Shown piece by piece: positions 12,746 to 26,600 of a stretch of DNA of 64,000 nucleotides. The notes below the pieces were generated by a model. That model had not been told where the DNA came from. It ran no database searches and saw only the letters and a list, made by a program, of their open reading frames with translations. Location of the stretch: assembly GCA_012862495.1 (NCBI GenBank), contig BLSG01000343.1, forward strand, positions 59,984 to 123,983. The letters run 5' to 3'. Position 1 is the stretch's first letter. Each line of letters starts with the position of its first letter. The DNA is from Thraustochytrium aureum. Taxonomy: Eukaryota. The position numbers were made by a program, and so were the translations under genes.

Positions 12746-13935
12746 CTAGTGTCGAGGCTTGCCAGCGCTCTGCTCGCCGACGCGCGCCTGGATCGCAAGG
12801 TCGAACTCGGTCGCCTCGCGGAGCAGGTTCCTCGTCATCAGGTTGTTTTCGTCGGGCCCAAAGCAAAGGCGGGCCATGTTCAGGGCCTCACGAAACGCCG
12901 CGGAGGCTTCGGTGCGGTTTGTGTCACCTCGGGCCGCCTCAGCCTTCGCGAGGCTGTGGAGCAACTTTGCCTTGAGGGGGTGGGCCCCGGGCGAGATCCA
13001 CTCGGCGTCTTCGAGGAGGCCCTTGAGGAGGGCCGAGAGCTCCTCCGCGGAAACCTCGATGGAATCTGCTTGCTGGGCCGTCCCGCCGTCCTCCCCTTGC
13101 TCGTTGGTCCTAGTGAGCTCGTTGGTCCTAGTGAGCTCGTTGGTCCTAGTGAGCTCGAGCGCATGTTCGCAAATTGCCAAGGTTGCGTGAAACACGAGGT
13201 GGTGCTCCCGCCTAAAGATCCCGCCACAGAGTTCCGTTTCTACCTCGCAGATCGTACTGGGCTTCCGGTTGGCGAATTCTTTCTCCGCAGCAAGGTAGCG
13301 AGTGAGAGCGGCTCGTTCAGCCTGGACTGAGCAAGTCAGGCACCGCCAATCCGTTCGCCTGTCGCCGCGCCCGGTCGGGCAGACGACGTGCTCGAGCGCG
13401 TCCTTCGTCTCGGTCCCTTTGTTCCAGGTCAACGCCTCCGCTCGGCATAAGAAGGCGCGGCACCTGTCGATAGCTGATGGGATGCAGAGCTCGCACTCGC
13501 ACGGAGCGCCGAGCATTGCCTGAACGACGGCCTGCCGTGTTTGCGTAGGCTCAAAGGCCAAGCCCCCGACGTGGTCGAGCGTGAGCAGCTCCCCGGGCTC
13601 GAGCTGTCGAAGGGCGACCAAGGAAAGGCGCCCATTCTCGTCGAATGCGGCGTTCGCGTTTGGTCTGCAACTGTGCGGACAGCTCGAAGCGAGCGGAAAG
13701 ACGCCCCAAACCTGGCAGGGTTCCTCGCAGCACACCAGGTGGGCCCTGACTGCACCAAGGAGGGCCACCAAGGGCTCGCCCTCCCGCGCTAGCAGCTCTT
13801 CGGCCACGATGCTTCGGAGGACTTGGCTTCCAAGTATCTCGGCGGCAGCCTGGCGCAGCCTGTCAACTTGGGCTGCAGCGGCGGCCGGCCGGGTCGGCTC
13901 GTGCGCGAGGCCGCGCAGCGCCTCCGCGGCGGAGT
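12746..13935 (-). CDS. SMYD-like SET-domain protein (partial; 5' end in gap)
   Basis: 'GVFPLASSCPHSCRPNA', 'LVALRQLEPGELLTLDH', post-SET 'CECELC', a further Cys motif 'WRCLTC' and a helical TPR-like C-terminus. Confidence 0.82.
13099..13157. repeat. 18-bp coding tandem repeat, 3.3 copies (ELTRTN)
   Basis: gctcgttggtcctagtga x3 plus gctcg, in frame within the SET gene. Confidence 0.9.
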
Positions 13936-14667
13936 NNNNNNNNNNNNNNNNNNNNNNNNNNNNNNNNNNNNNNNNNNNNNNNNNNNNNNNNNNNNNNNNN
14001 NNNNNNNNNNNNNNNNNNNNNNNNNNNNNNNNNNNNNNNNNNNNNNNNNNNNNNNNNNNNNNNNNNNNNNNNNNNNNNNNNNNNNNNNNNNNNNNNNNNN
14101 NNNNNNNNNNNNNNNNNNNNNNNNNNNNNNNNNNNNNNNNNNNNNNNNNNNNNNNNNNNNNNNNNNNNNNNNNNNNNNNNNNNNNNNNNNNNNNNNNNNN
14201 NNNNNNNNNNNNNNNNNNNNNNNNNNNNNNNNNNNNNNNNNNNNNNNNNNNNNNNNNNNNNNNNNNNNNNNNNNNNNNNNNNNNNNNNNNNNNNNNNNNN
14301 NNNNNNNNNNNNNNNNNNNNNNNNNNNNNNNNNNNNNNNNNNNNNNNNNNNNNNNNNNNNNNNNNNNNNNNNNNNNNNNNNNNNNNNNNNNNNNNNNNNN
14401 NNNNNNNNNNNNNNNNNNNNNNNNNNNNNNNNNNNNNNNNNNNNNNNNNNNNNNNNNNNNNNNNNNNNNNNNNNNNNNNNNNNNNNNNNNNNNNNNNNNN
14501 NNNNNNNNNNNNNNNNNNNNNNNNNNNNNNNNNNNNNNNNNNNNNNNNNNNNNNNNNNNNNNNNNNNNNNNNNNNNNNNNNNNNNNNNNNNNNNNNNNNN
14601 NNNNNNNNNNNNNNNNNNNNNNCGTGCGCGAGCGAGGCGGGCAGCGCGGCAGGCGAGCAAGGCGGAG

Positions 14668-17600
14668 ATGGTGCTCTCCGGCCTGGTAAAGCGCGTGCTG
14701 CAGCGGTTCTTGGACGCGTTTGTGGAAGGGGAGTTTGACGTTGCGGTGAGCCTCTTTGCAAAGCACGCCGTGGAGCTCGACCACCTGGAAGTCAAGTGCG
14801 ATGCGTTGAACTCGATGCTGCTGGACGGCGTCGTGCCGGTGCGCCTCGTGAGGGCGTATGTAGGTAAAGTGACGCTTGATGTGCCCTTCGCCAGGCTGGG
14901 GTCGCGCCCCGTCAAGTTGAACCTCCAGGACGTTCTCGTCCTTGCCCAAACTACGCTCGAGACAGACTGGGACGAAACCAAGGTGGCAGAGTCTCTCGAT
15001 GAAGCCTTGAAGGCGGCAATCAGCGCGCTCCTCGCAGAGCTCCACCCGAACGCTGCGGCCAGCCTTCTGGCGGAGGGCAACGAAGGCGGCCTCGGGTACT
15101 TTACGAGCGCCGGTGTTCTCAACCGAACTATCACGCGCGTCCTGGACAACATCGAGGTTTGCGTAGAACGCGTCCATGTGCGGCTTGAGATGCCCTTTCT
15201 TGAAACGCCGCTCGAGCTCCTGGCCGCCACGCGAGCAAGAAGAAGGCGGGACGGAGCCGGCGCTGCAGAGGTCGCCGTGCACGCAGATGCGCACCCCAAG
15301 AGCGGCGAGCGCGACCGGCTCTATCACGGTGGCCTTCCGCTATGTTGGGATCCGACTGAAGAGTCCGCAAGCGCCGTGGAACTATCTCTTGCCTCGATCT
15401 CCATGATCACCACCGACGAGAACTGGAACCACCACTTTGACGACGACTGCGACTTTATCGTGTTCAAGCTCTTGCGCGCAAACGGTCTAGAAGCCCGAAT
15501 CCGATCTCGCACAACGCCGCTCGAGCGCTCCGTGGCAGCTGGAGGCGACCAGACGCCTGGCTCGCGGGTGCCCATCATCGCACTGTACAACACGTTCCTG
15601 GCGCAGCTTGACGATGCGCCGTCAGACCAGCCCATACTGAGCCCACTCTCGCTGGAGCTGCGCGCGCGGCTCAACACGGCCTTCCACCTTGGCCCTGAAG
15701 AGCCGTACCGCGTCGATGCGCAACTCAAGGCCTCGCCGCTCGTAGTTGGGTTGGGCCTTACTGAGCTCGTCATTTTCGCGGCTCTGGGGAGCCACCTAGG
15801 CCGTCATAGCGCGTGGCTGAAGCGCGTGTCGGACCGCCGGCGCCGCCGGTGCGACCTTGCGGTCAAGCGGCGCCGCGACCTCTCCGGTCGCGACCCACTT
15901 CTCGAGTACCTGGACCTTTGCGCTCAGCGCGCGCGGGTCATGGCGCGAGACCTGAACGCCTCGGAAAGGGAGGCGTTACTCGCTAACCTAGCGGCAAACG
16001 AAGACTTGGTTTTCCTGGAGCGCAACTTGCCGTTTGAAGATATTAAAAGGGTTGCCACTGCGGCCGCGAACAAGGCATACACCACAAAGCGATTCAAGAT
16101 GCGCCGCTTCGGCTCCACCGACACGGGATTCGCGGAGCTCAAGCTTGACTATCTCATTGCCGGAGGCAGCAGGCGCATCGCCGACACCGGCGAGGAGGAC
16201 GACAGAATCGGCGGCGACCCAGCCGCGAATGGGGCCGTCGTCACAGCGACTGGCTGGCGCCAGGCAGGGCCTGGAACCCCGCCGCAGCAACCACACGGGC
16301 CAAAGCGCACCCCTGCAACTTCGGACGCGCAGAGCAAGGCCAGCGACGGTGGCGACGATGAGGCGCTCTGGCGAGATGCCGCCACAGAACTCGAACAAGC
16401 CTTTGGGGCAGCAAAGGCCGGGCAACTAGGAGAGCCTGCGCCGGCGGAGCTTGACCCGGACGAAATCGAAATCACGTTCAGCGAAGGCGAGCTCGGCTTG
16501 GTGCTGGACAACAGCTTCAACGCAGATTCCGCAGTCGTAATCTCGTGCGTCCCCGGCTCGCAGGCAGCTCGCACGAGGCTGATCGAGCCAGGAATGGTAA
16601 TTACCGCCATCCGCGGCTACTCGATGCGCCAGCGCCACTTTGAGCAAGTCGCAGAGGCGTTAGAGACTGCGAGGCGCCCGGTGACAATCCGCTTTCGCGG
16701 GACCGAGCGAAGCGCACAAGCCGCGTCCAAGTTTGTGCGAGGCACAAAGGTCAACTTTGCGCGATTTCTCGTCGCGCTCGACTGCGTTGACCTCACGCTC
16801 GTCGCCAACAGCGCCGCACGCGCCACATCGTCGTCCCTGTGCTCTTTGCGCATCATTGGTCTTGCTGCGCGGATGCGGGTTCTGTCGGCTGGCGCTGCGC
16901 GAGGCTTGTTCGAGCGGCTCAATCACATCGTGGACCTGGATATCGATGTGGGCATTGCATTCCTGGACGCTATCGACCTGACGCGCGAGGGCGACGCCGA
17001 AGGCGGCGCCATTCTTTCGAGCGTTCCTGAATTGAACGAAGACGGCCAGCCGCAGAGTCTCCCCAACTTCGAGCCCCCCCCAGGCGCCACAGACCACGAC
17101 CAAGCGTTCGCGTTATCCTTTTCCCCCTTCTCCAGCCTAGAGGACGACTCCGTGGCTTCGCTGTTGCGCAACGCAGACTGGGTTCGGCATGCCTTCGTAG
17201 CCAACATGCTCTTTTGGGACCGCCGCCCAGGCCGCCACAAACCTGCTCCAGCGTCGTGGTCTCTGTCCTTTGGCGAGGCCATTGAGGCAATGGAGTCCTT
17301 TCCCGCCTGGTCGCGCGCCGCTGCAGCCGCCTGCGGATCCGACGGGATCACCGCTATCCCTCTCGCGGCACGGCTTAAGAGGGAGCACGCCAGCAGAGCG
17401 CGACGGCTCCCGCAGAGCATTCAAGAGGCTTCCTTGCAGCCCTTTGCGTGCGTTTCAATCGCGCTGCGGTTCCCCGACCCGCTGCTCATGTCGGGGGCCG
17501 GCGGCCCAGAGGCCTCACCTGCACACACAGCGCAGCGCGGCGCGGGTCGTTCTGATTCGCCTCGGCGGGAGAGCGTGGCTTCAGCAGATATNNNNNNNNN

Positions 17601-20600
17601 NNNNNNNNNNNNNNNNNNNNNNNNNNNNNNNNNNNNNNNNNNNNNNNNNNNNNNNNNNNNNNNNNNNNNNNNNNNNNNNNNNNNNNNNNNNNNNNNNNNN
17701 NNNNNNNNNNNNNNNNNNNNNNNNNNNNNNNNNNNNNCTGCGTCGGAATCCAGGCTGGGAGGAACCTGTGAGCGCAAGCGAATTCTCTCGCTCCAGGGCA
17801 GGGTCTGGTGGAGTACAAACCATTTCCCACTTTGCGCAGCGCCGCAAGCGCTTGCGGGCCGCGGACCACACCGACCGCGAGAGACAAGTGATCGGCGTAA
17901 GTGGCGTGGTCTCAGACCTGGAGGTTGTCCTTCGAAAGAACCTCTTGCTGAGCTTGCTGGACCTCGGCGACGGCCTTGCAAACTGGACAGCCGGGCTCGG
18001 CGGCCATGCCAGAAAGAGCGTCACGCAAGAGCAGCCAAGCGCACGCCCCGTGACAAACAGCTCAGCTATTCTCGAGCGAGCAGACGCGCCGCTGTATCGG
18101 CTCGCACTGTCAATATCCAGCTGGAGGCTTGTCCTACCAAGCTCTGTGGTTCAGTCTGAACAGTACAAGGCGATAGACCGCGTCTTGCTCGTTGTTGGGC
18201 CCCTTCGGACCTTCTCGCTGCAAACTTTGCCACGCCAGTACGAGGCCGAGGAGGAAGGTCACATGCCGCTGACGGGCCAGGCCTACTCCGAACTGGACAA
18301 CCTCTATTTAACGCTCGACTCGGTTCGCGTCGTGGCCGTCTTGCCGCAAACGAGCGGAACGACTGGTGCTCAATCTTCTGGAGCCCCGCCGCGCGCGGCC
18401 AGGGACAACGACCGATTCTTTGACGTGGAGACGCCAAACTCTACAGCATTTGCAGAACAAAGCCGCCAGCGCTCGCTAAGCAGCGACTTTGGATCGGTGT
18501 CATCCGGCGACGACGGCTTTGAGGATGCGCTATCAACAGACAGTCGCAGTGAGGATGGTGCCTACCGCGGCGCCAGCCTCGGGGTCGGTGCTGCCTTCGT
18601 GGGGACGAGCGCTCTTGGGAAGATGGCGCCTCGCCGGCAAGTCAGCTGGAAGGATTTTCCAGCTAGCAGCGAGGCGTCCGGCCCAAGCAGCGAAGGCGAA
18701 AGTGGGAGTGAAAAGGGATCGGCCGTAGCGGGCGTTTGTGACGAGCCAGCCGTCGCTTCAGACGACGAGGGCGACGACGACAAGACCTCCGCTCTCGACG
18801 GACCGGTGGTTTTTGTCAACCTCGGTCTCAAGCTTGTGCGAGTCACGTTTCACGGCGCCCCGTACAGTTCCCAGCCTGTTCAGGTCTCTGCGGTCCTCAG
18901 CGCGCAGCCGATCATCCTGAGCGAGCAACATCTTGTCTTGCTGCTCAAAACGGCAGCTTGCCTCAGCGACGCTGCTGCTGACATAGGCGAGCTGCAGGCA
19001 AAGCGCGCGGCGACGGGCGAGGCGGCGACTGCAACGCTGCAGCACCTCGAGCGCCCACAACGTCGTCAAAGTCTGCAGCCAGCGACGTGCGGCTGCGCTT
19101 CTTTCACGGCGCGTCGGATGTGTTCCAAGCGATAAGCTTCATGGAGGAAGGCCTCTTGGCGGCCGCCGAGCGCGTTTTGTTGGAGACGACAAGCCCGAAG
19201 GCAGCGACGGAAAGGCTTTGCAAGTGCTGGTGCGCAGCGAGCCCATTTCCCCAGAGCTCTCTGCAGAGCTGTTCGAAGCTTTCCTTGACTTTTTGGGCGC
19301 ATCTCTTGCCGCAGAGGTCGCAGGCCGCGTCTCGGCAGACTGGATGGCTGGGCTTGGCATACAGCAGTGCGTTGATAGGATTTGTGCCTTTTTCTACGGG
19401 GCCTTTTTGGGAGGAGGCTGCGCTTCGTCGAGCCGCGCAAGCTGGTGCGCGAGCAGCCAAGTCTGACGGCACTTTGGACTCTTCTGTTCCAGACTTGGAT
19501 CTGAAGAGAACGCGCAAGGGCCCTGTGGACGACAAAGGGCAGAGCTATGGATCACATCCCGCAGAGCCGCCCGACGAGCCGGGCGTGGCTGAACTCGATG
19601 CGATCCTCGACGCGCAGGCTGTATCCCTCGACTTGTATTTGGGCGACCTCCGCATCACCGCGCTGTCCCTTTTTCACCTGAACGTACGAGACATTAACGC
19701 AAACGCCGCGTACTCGTCGTTGTTACAAGTTAGCGACGCTGCGATTCGGATTGGGACTGTTCGGCTCAACAACTTGGAGGAGACAGACAAGGAGCTTGCT
19801 GTTTTGTCACCGCTGCGGGAGGACCGTGCCTCAGACGAGTATAGCGTCGCGGTTTCCTTGCGCCTTCACCACGCACAAGCTCAGCTCAGGCACTCCGGGA
19901 GCAGCGGCGCGGGGCGCTCGGGTCCAGTCTTTGACCAGGAGGACGATGCTGATAGCGACGCTGCGAGTTCGTCTGCTGATCCCTCAGATAGCGTCGACTC
20001 GGGCCAGCTCCAGGAGCCCCCGCGCTCGTTGCCGGGGCCAAACGTCGCTGGGGTTGACAACGATCAATTCCTTGAAACCAGCTCTGCTGGCGTCGCGTCT
20101 GCCCCAGGCTTGCTCGACGTTTCCATGGGCTCAGGCGCGGGCAAGGCTCTGACCAAAAGGCTCCGCCGCACGCTTCGCTGCCTTGCCCGGATGCATCGCT
20201 ACCGGCTTCGTGCCCAAGAGCTGATCAAACTAGACGTTGACGCGCTAGCCAAGGTCGTCGCCAAAATTGAGGCGTTGGAGGCAGAACTTGAGGCTGTCGC
20301 AGTTGAAGCTGCCACACAAGATTTCGGAGTGGACGCTGCAACCCATGGTGCTGGAGAACGGACTCCCGATGTGGGCGCAAGCGCTGCTGCGGATGCCCTC
20401 GATACGGGGTCTGTGCAGGCGCTCAGCCGCAGAGGGACGGCCCTCCGCCGCAGTCTCTCATCTGCGGTTGCCGCTGCAGTGCGCGGCCTTCGTTCAGAAG
20501 ACGTCGAGCGCAGTCACATCACTCGCTCTTCGATTGCCCTCTCCGGGCCGATCACAAACGATTCATCGAAAATGTTCGACCTGGGCCATGGCGTCGGGGC

Positions 20601-23600
20601 GCCTTCAATCCTGCGCTTGGAAACCCGTGGAGCCACCAGCGTTTCCACTTTGGCCGAGTACGAGCACGCGATCACCGTACTTGCGCGCCACGTGCAGCGT
20701 GCGGCCGCAACGTTGGCGGCGAACGATCATGAGAAGGGCAAAGGGCGCTCCGCCGGCTTTGCAGAGCTCTTTTGCGCAGGTTCAATTCGCAGGCGTTCTC
20801 GTGTCTATCAATGAGCTCTTTGTTCGAACAATTCTCAAGGCGATGGCAAGGCTCGACGAAATTCTCGCACATACCACGTCAAAGGCCTCGGTGCAAGAAG
20901 AGAAACACGATGCGCCAGCATCCGCCTTGCCGGCCGCTGAGTTTGCGGCTCCGACGCTGCTGTGCGGAATCAACGCCGCAGTGGAGCTGCATTCTGTCTA
21001 CGTCCATTTCGATCCAAGTCAACGGCGCGACGTTTCCAAGGGGCTGCACAACCCGCGGGCCACAACTTTGAGTTCGGCCGGTGATGTCGGCCGCGCACAG
21101 AGCATCGGTTTGGTGCGGCGGCCAAGCCGAGGTGCGGCCCCGAGCATGACGAGCGAGCGGGAAGCGGCCTCCTGCGAAAACGACGTCTCGGCGACCCTCG
21201 GGCTCTCTCTCTCAATCAGCTACGCAGCAAGGCAGTCGTGCGAGGTAGTCTCGCTCGGAATGGACCGCGTCACGCTGGCGCTGGCGTACAACAAAGCTCT
21301 TGTCCGACAGGACCGCGCAAAGCAGCGTACGGACCGGAGGCCGGACATATCCGGGGCGGACGTCTCGCACTCTCTGCTCAAGCCCTGGAAAGGCGTCCTC
21401 AACTATGCCCTCTTCCGCAACCCGCAGGACTCGGCCAGGGTTTTCCGCCAGGTGACTGGGGAGTTTGCCCCGGCACGCTTTTCGGTGTGGACAACAGATC
21501 TTATTGCGCTGGCGCATCTCGGAAACAGTGCCGCCGCGCTGGCCGAGCTAGGAACAGCGGAAAACGAAGCGAGGCCGTCGGGCGAGAGCTCTGCCGGTCC
21601 AGGCCATCAGAGCGCCCCGCTGACGCAGCCAACAAATGCCCTGCGCGGCCTCTCTGATGCAGCCGATGCACGCGCGCCGCCCGAGAACGTGAGAGCGGAC
21701 GCTCTCGTGGAATCTACGGACGGCATGCCCGCAAGGATTCGCCTCGCTATCCGGCACCCCGCCTCGATATTGGCCTTGGTTCAAGGGGGCGCCTCCGCCG
21801 TGGTCAGCTCCAAAGCTTTCGGTGAGCTCGAGCTCTTTGCAGCACGTCTGGAGAGTCTCCTCCACCTGCACCAGCCGGTGGAGCCGTCGTCAGCATGCGA
21901 TCCCTTGACCACAGCGGAGGTGCGCGAAGCTGAACTCGCCGCACGCGCGTTTCGTCGCATGCTGTTTGGCTTGCCACAGGCTTTGGATTGGGTCAACGAC
22001 GTCACGCGTGTCATTGGCGCCTCCAGCGCGCATTGGGCAATCGAAGTAGTGACCCTTTTGCGCATCGACTTAGCCGAGCGCGCGGACTCTGATGGCCCAG
22101 ACCAGTGCGCGGAGGGCGTGCACCAGGCAAGGTTGTCGACACGTGCTCCGCTCCGCCCAGTCGTGGAACATGAAGACGACTCTGACATCGATGCAGATGA
22201 CGAAGACGAAGAAAGACCTTGTGCCAGCGGGGTGGGCATAAGCGACTCGTCAAGCGGGGCATCGGGCAATGGGGTGGCCGACGAACTTGCCAGCGGCGTG
22301 TATGACCAAGCAACGCTCGTGTTGTCTGGAATCCAGCTCGAGCTCGTCAAAGAAGTCCTTCGTGTGGAGACTTCGCTTGAAACATTTTTGCCGGTAATCC
22401 TCGTCGAAGTAGGCAACGTGCACGCGCGAGCCGAGTCCAACTCCGCCTACACGGACGATCTCGTGCTCGCGATGCTTGTCAGCCTAGAGTCACGCTACTA
22501 CAACCGACGCATCGGGTCGTGGGAGCATCTCATCGAGCCATGGTCCCAAGTCAAAGTCAGCCTGTGCGTTGCAGAGGGTCGACAGGGAATCAACTTTGAC
22601 GTTGACTCTTACAATCGGCTCAACATCAACGTGTCTGAGGACCTGCTCGCCCTGCTTCTGCAGCTTCAAAACGACGTCAACGACACTCTGGAGCGCTTGT
22701 CGGCCCTGTCCGAGGCTGCCGCGGCGCGAAAGGCTGCGCAGCGTGTTGAACGCGCGACGACTCTATCATACAACGCGACAGCGCGACAAGGTCCAACATT
22801 GCATGGACCTGCTCCAGCTCGGAGCATAGCGCAGCGAAGCACTTCAAAAGCGCCAAAGCTCTTGGTCACAAAAGCGGGAGAGAAGGGGTTGGCCGACCAT
22901 TGGATCGTCAACAACACGGGCGTGGATATCGTCATGTACGACATGTTTCAGATTGGTTGTAGTTACAAAGGCCTCCTGAAGGTGGAGTATCGCGATGGCT
23001 GGGACCTCCCGAGCCACGCGAGGTGGCGAGAGCAGCCAAACATTCGGCTCACGCTTTTGCCATTCAAGCGCAAGTTCACCGTCGGGAGCCTCTCGGGCCC
23101 AGGAGATGGACCGGCAATGGACATTGAGCCAACGAAGGGCTCGCAGCTACAGGGCAAGGCTAGATNNNNNNNNNNNNNNNNNNNNNNNNNNNNNNNNNNN
23201 NNNNNNNNNNNNNNNNNNNNNNNNNNNNNNNNNNNNNNNNNNNNNNNNNNNNNNNNNNNNNNNNNNNNNNNNNNNNNNNNNNNNNNNNNNNNNNNNNNNN
23301 NNNNNNNNNNNNNNNNNNNNNNNNNNNNNNNACGCACGGATCGATCGAAGGACCCGGAGAATACCCCAACGAGCGGGTAGGTCAGCGCCGTCGTATTGCG
23401 GAGGACGACAGCGACGACGATTTGCTGGGGAGCGGGTCGAGCTCGGGCTCCGACGCGGACGCGGAGGACGAAAACATGCACGGCCAGGTTGGGGCTCTGT
23501 TTACACTCGAATATCCGGGCGCAAGCAGCGAAGAGGTGCCCCAGATGCTGATTGAAGTAAAGGACAGCTCAGGGAGGTACCTAAGCGCCAAGATTGACCT

Positions 23601-26600
23601 GGTGACGCACATCCTCTTCCCAAACGTCACAAGCACCGAGTGGTTCCCGCTCGGCAGTGACGACCAGAGCGATGGGGACGCGGCGGAGATGCTGTTGTCG
23701 ATCCGCTTTGAAATGAGCGAGTCGGAGGCTTCTGGGTCCTCCGGGAAATGCGAGCTAACCCGCTCATATGGCGGGCGCGACACTGCGATCAAGCCCTTTC
23801 GCGTCGCCTCTGGCGCTACGGTGCCAATGGACTTTGGCCTAGTGCCCAAAAAGCACTGGTTCAAGTCCTTCAATCGTGAAGGCATCAACGAAGTGATTGC
23901 GAAGCGACACTTTACAACGCTGCGCTCGGTTGCGCTCGACTTTTCCCGCGGTGTTGACTTCAAGAGCCGGGACACACCATTATTGTTGATAGTGCCGGTC
24001 GACGACACTGGCGAGTTTATGCTCAGCGCAGATGTTCGGCCCGACTTGGTCGTTGACGAGGGCGCTCAAAGAGGGCTCCGCAAGCCTGTTGTTCTGTCTC
24101 AGCCACTATATGAGCTGAGCCAGGCAGGCGAGATGGGAGCGCAGAAAGGGGGACGACGTGGGCGCAAGTCGAGCAGCTGGCGCGAGCCTGGCGGACGCGG
24201 ACAAGTTGTCGGGGCCACGCTTGAGCCGGGAGGTGCAAGCAAACCCCCGAAAGAGGCGCCGACGTTCCGGTTCAATCTTCTCGCGACGAGCGCGATGCGG
24301 GACCGCAAAAGGCGCGTGCTCTTCCTCGAATCGCCGGTCAAGTTTTCGAACAGGGCCTCGGTTCCGATTGAAGTGATGGTGTGCGAAGCTGGATACCTAA
24401 CGTCGGCAGAAGGCAAGCACGACCTCTTTCCAACCCTACAGCACGTCTCGGTGCACGATAGCAGGGTCGCGAGCAGCGGCAACTTTCTTCGGTCATATGG
24501 CCTTGGGGTCGACTCGCTCTTCGTGATGTCCAGGTCGACCAAGTGGGTCGACGGGGGCTATGTGCTGACGGACGGACTCGAGGACGCAGCTACGCTTGAG
24601 GTCTCAACGGTGCCTGCTCGCGACGCTGCCGAAGACCATCCCGGCAAGCCTGGTACGGACAGGTCTTCTGCAACGTCCAGCCTGTCGTCCTTTGTGGAGT
24701 TCACATTCAATTCCCCACGCATGATCTGCATGTACAGGGTCACGCCAACGGAGCTGCAGGTTTCTCCCGAGCAGCACGCCGGCCTCGGCACTGCTGAGCG
24801 CGGCGCCCAAGTCGACTCGTCGCGAATCGGGGTGGATCCCCTTGGTTGGGTCGTTTTCGGAAGGCGTTATTCAGAGGAAGAAGTCGAAGATCCTGGGGAA
24901 TGGGAGGAGCTCGACCGACGAACCAACATCAGCTTCGACGACAAGCGGCGCCCCAAGCAGTTCTTCTTGCCTCTCGCAGACCAATTTCGCTGCTACAGGA
25001 TCCAGTTTTTCGCTCGGCCGCGCCCCCGCGACGCCGTGCAGAGCCCGATCGACGCTCCCGAAAGCGCCCCCGAGACCATCGACCTCTTCCGAGCGGCGTG
25101 TGGCCCGAATGGGACATTCCCCATCGCCTTGTCCAGTATCAATCTCTACGAGGAATCCTTCCCATCAAGCTCTCGGGTCAGAGAGCTTGATCAAGCGATG
25201 ATTCGCGCTTCATTGGCAAAGCTCGCTCTTGACCCCGAGGCCGAAAACTTGGCGATGAGCTCTGACGGCGAGGAGGATGACGGGGGCGAAGGGGACGGGA
25301 CGCTTTTGGAGCGAGAACGCGCTCCGGTGTTGTCGCGTGGGCCGAGCTCTCGTCCTGGACGTTCTTCATTTCGTCATCCTCAGGTGGAGGAGGAGGGCGT
25401 CACCGATGATGGGTGGCGATGCATGCTCTGCGCTGAGACGAACCCGCGCTCGACTTCAGAATGCACTTTGTGCGGCAAGGTGCGACCCATGAGACGCCGC
25501 CGAAAGCTGGCCAGCGCCGATTTCGCAGAGTCGCAGTTCGGGCAAATGCTCAGCAGCGAGCACCTGCGCCTTCGGCGCAAGCTGCAGGCAGCGGCTATCC
25601 GACGGCGCGCAATAGCGTCGGCACAACAATACCAGGCGCAGAGACAGCATCAAAGCGCAGCGAAGCTTTCTGCCATTGACGAGCTCGACCCAGACAGCGC
25701 CAACCTGCAAGCGACGTTGCGCGTTGGGCCCCACAGTGACCAGTTCAAGCTCAAGCGCAAGGTTGTAACCCTGGGGCACGAGGGGCTAGCAATCGCCAAC
25801 GCAGAGAATCGGACAACGGCGCTGTACCAGCACTTGGCGCACCACCGTCTCAATCCCGAGAGCGTCGCGGACGCCTTCGGGATTCACAATCGCGGCTTGC
25901 CTGAAACGCCCACCCAGCGACGTCGTGGGCGTGGGAAGGGCCCCGCCGTCGTCGAGTTCACGCCGACAACGGAGGTGATCGTTCTCGACCGAAAGAATCA
26001 TCTCATACTGGTGGTTGAGAAAGATCGGGCGCGTGCGGCGGCCGACGGCGAGGCTGGAGTGAGCGCTGGAGCACGCATCGTGCACGGCTTGTCGCTTGCG
26101 GACGGGATATTGCTTGCCCTCCCTGATTCGCGAACGCTCAGGTTGTGGCTCGAATCCATCCAAGCCACTCTCTCGCGAGTCCGGCGTGCAAACCAAGGTC
26201 TGGATGTTGAGATCGAGGCCTTTAGTGGGATGCGGCGTGTTGTGGCACCCGGTGAGATCCTTGCCATCCCTCTCAACTTTTTATACAGTCGGACCAAATG
26301 GTCGCTGTTTATCAAGCCAGAGATTCGGCCGGGGCAGCGGGACGTGACTTGGGCGCGCGTTCTCGAGCACGTGTCCGCCCAAGCGCTCAACATGCCTGAT
26401 ATTGTTCCGGATGTCATTTGCGCGAAAAGGCCTGTGCCTGTCGTAGACTTTGGGGATGGGCCTCTTGATGAGGAAGTTGCCTCTGTGGATTCGTACGCCT
26501 TTTCGGCGACCTTCAAGCAAAGCTTCGTCAAGAGCTATCGCGCAGATGACGACGAGGCGCGGAACGGCCGCCAGGAGAATAACCTCGTGCCTCGAGTGAC

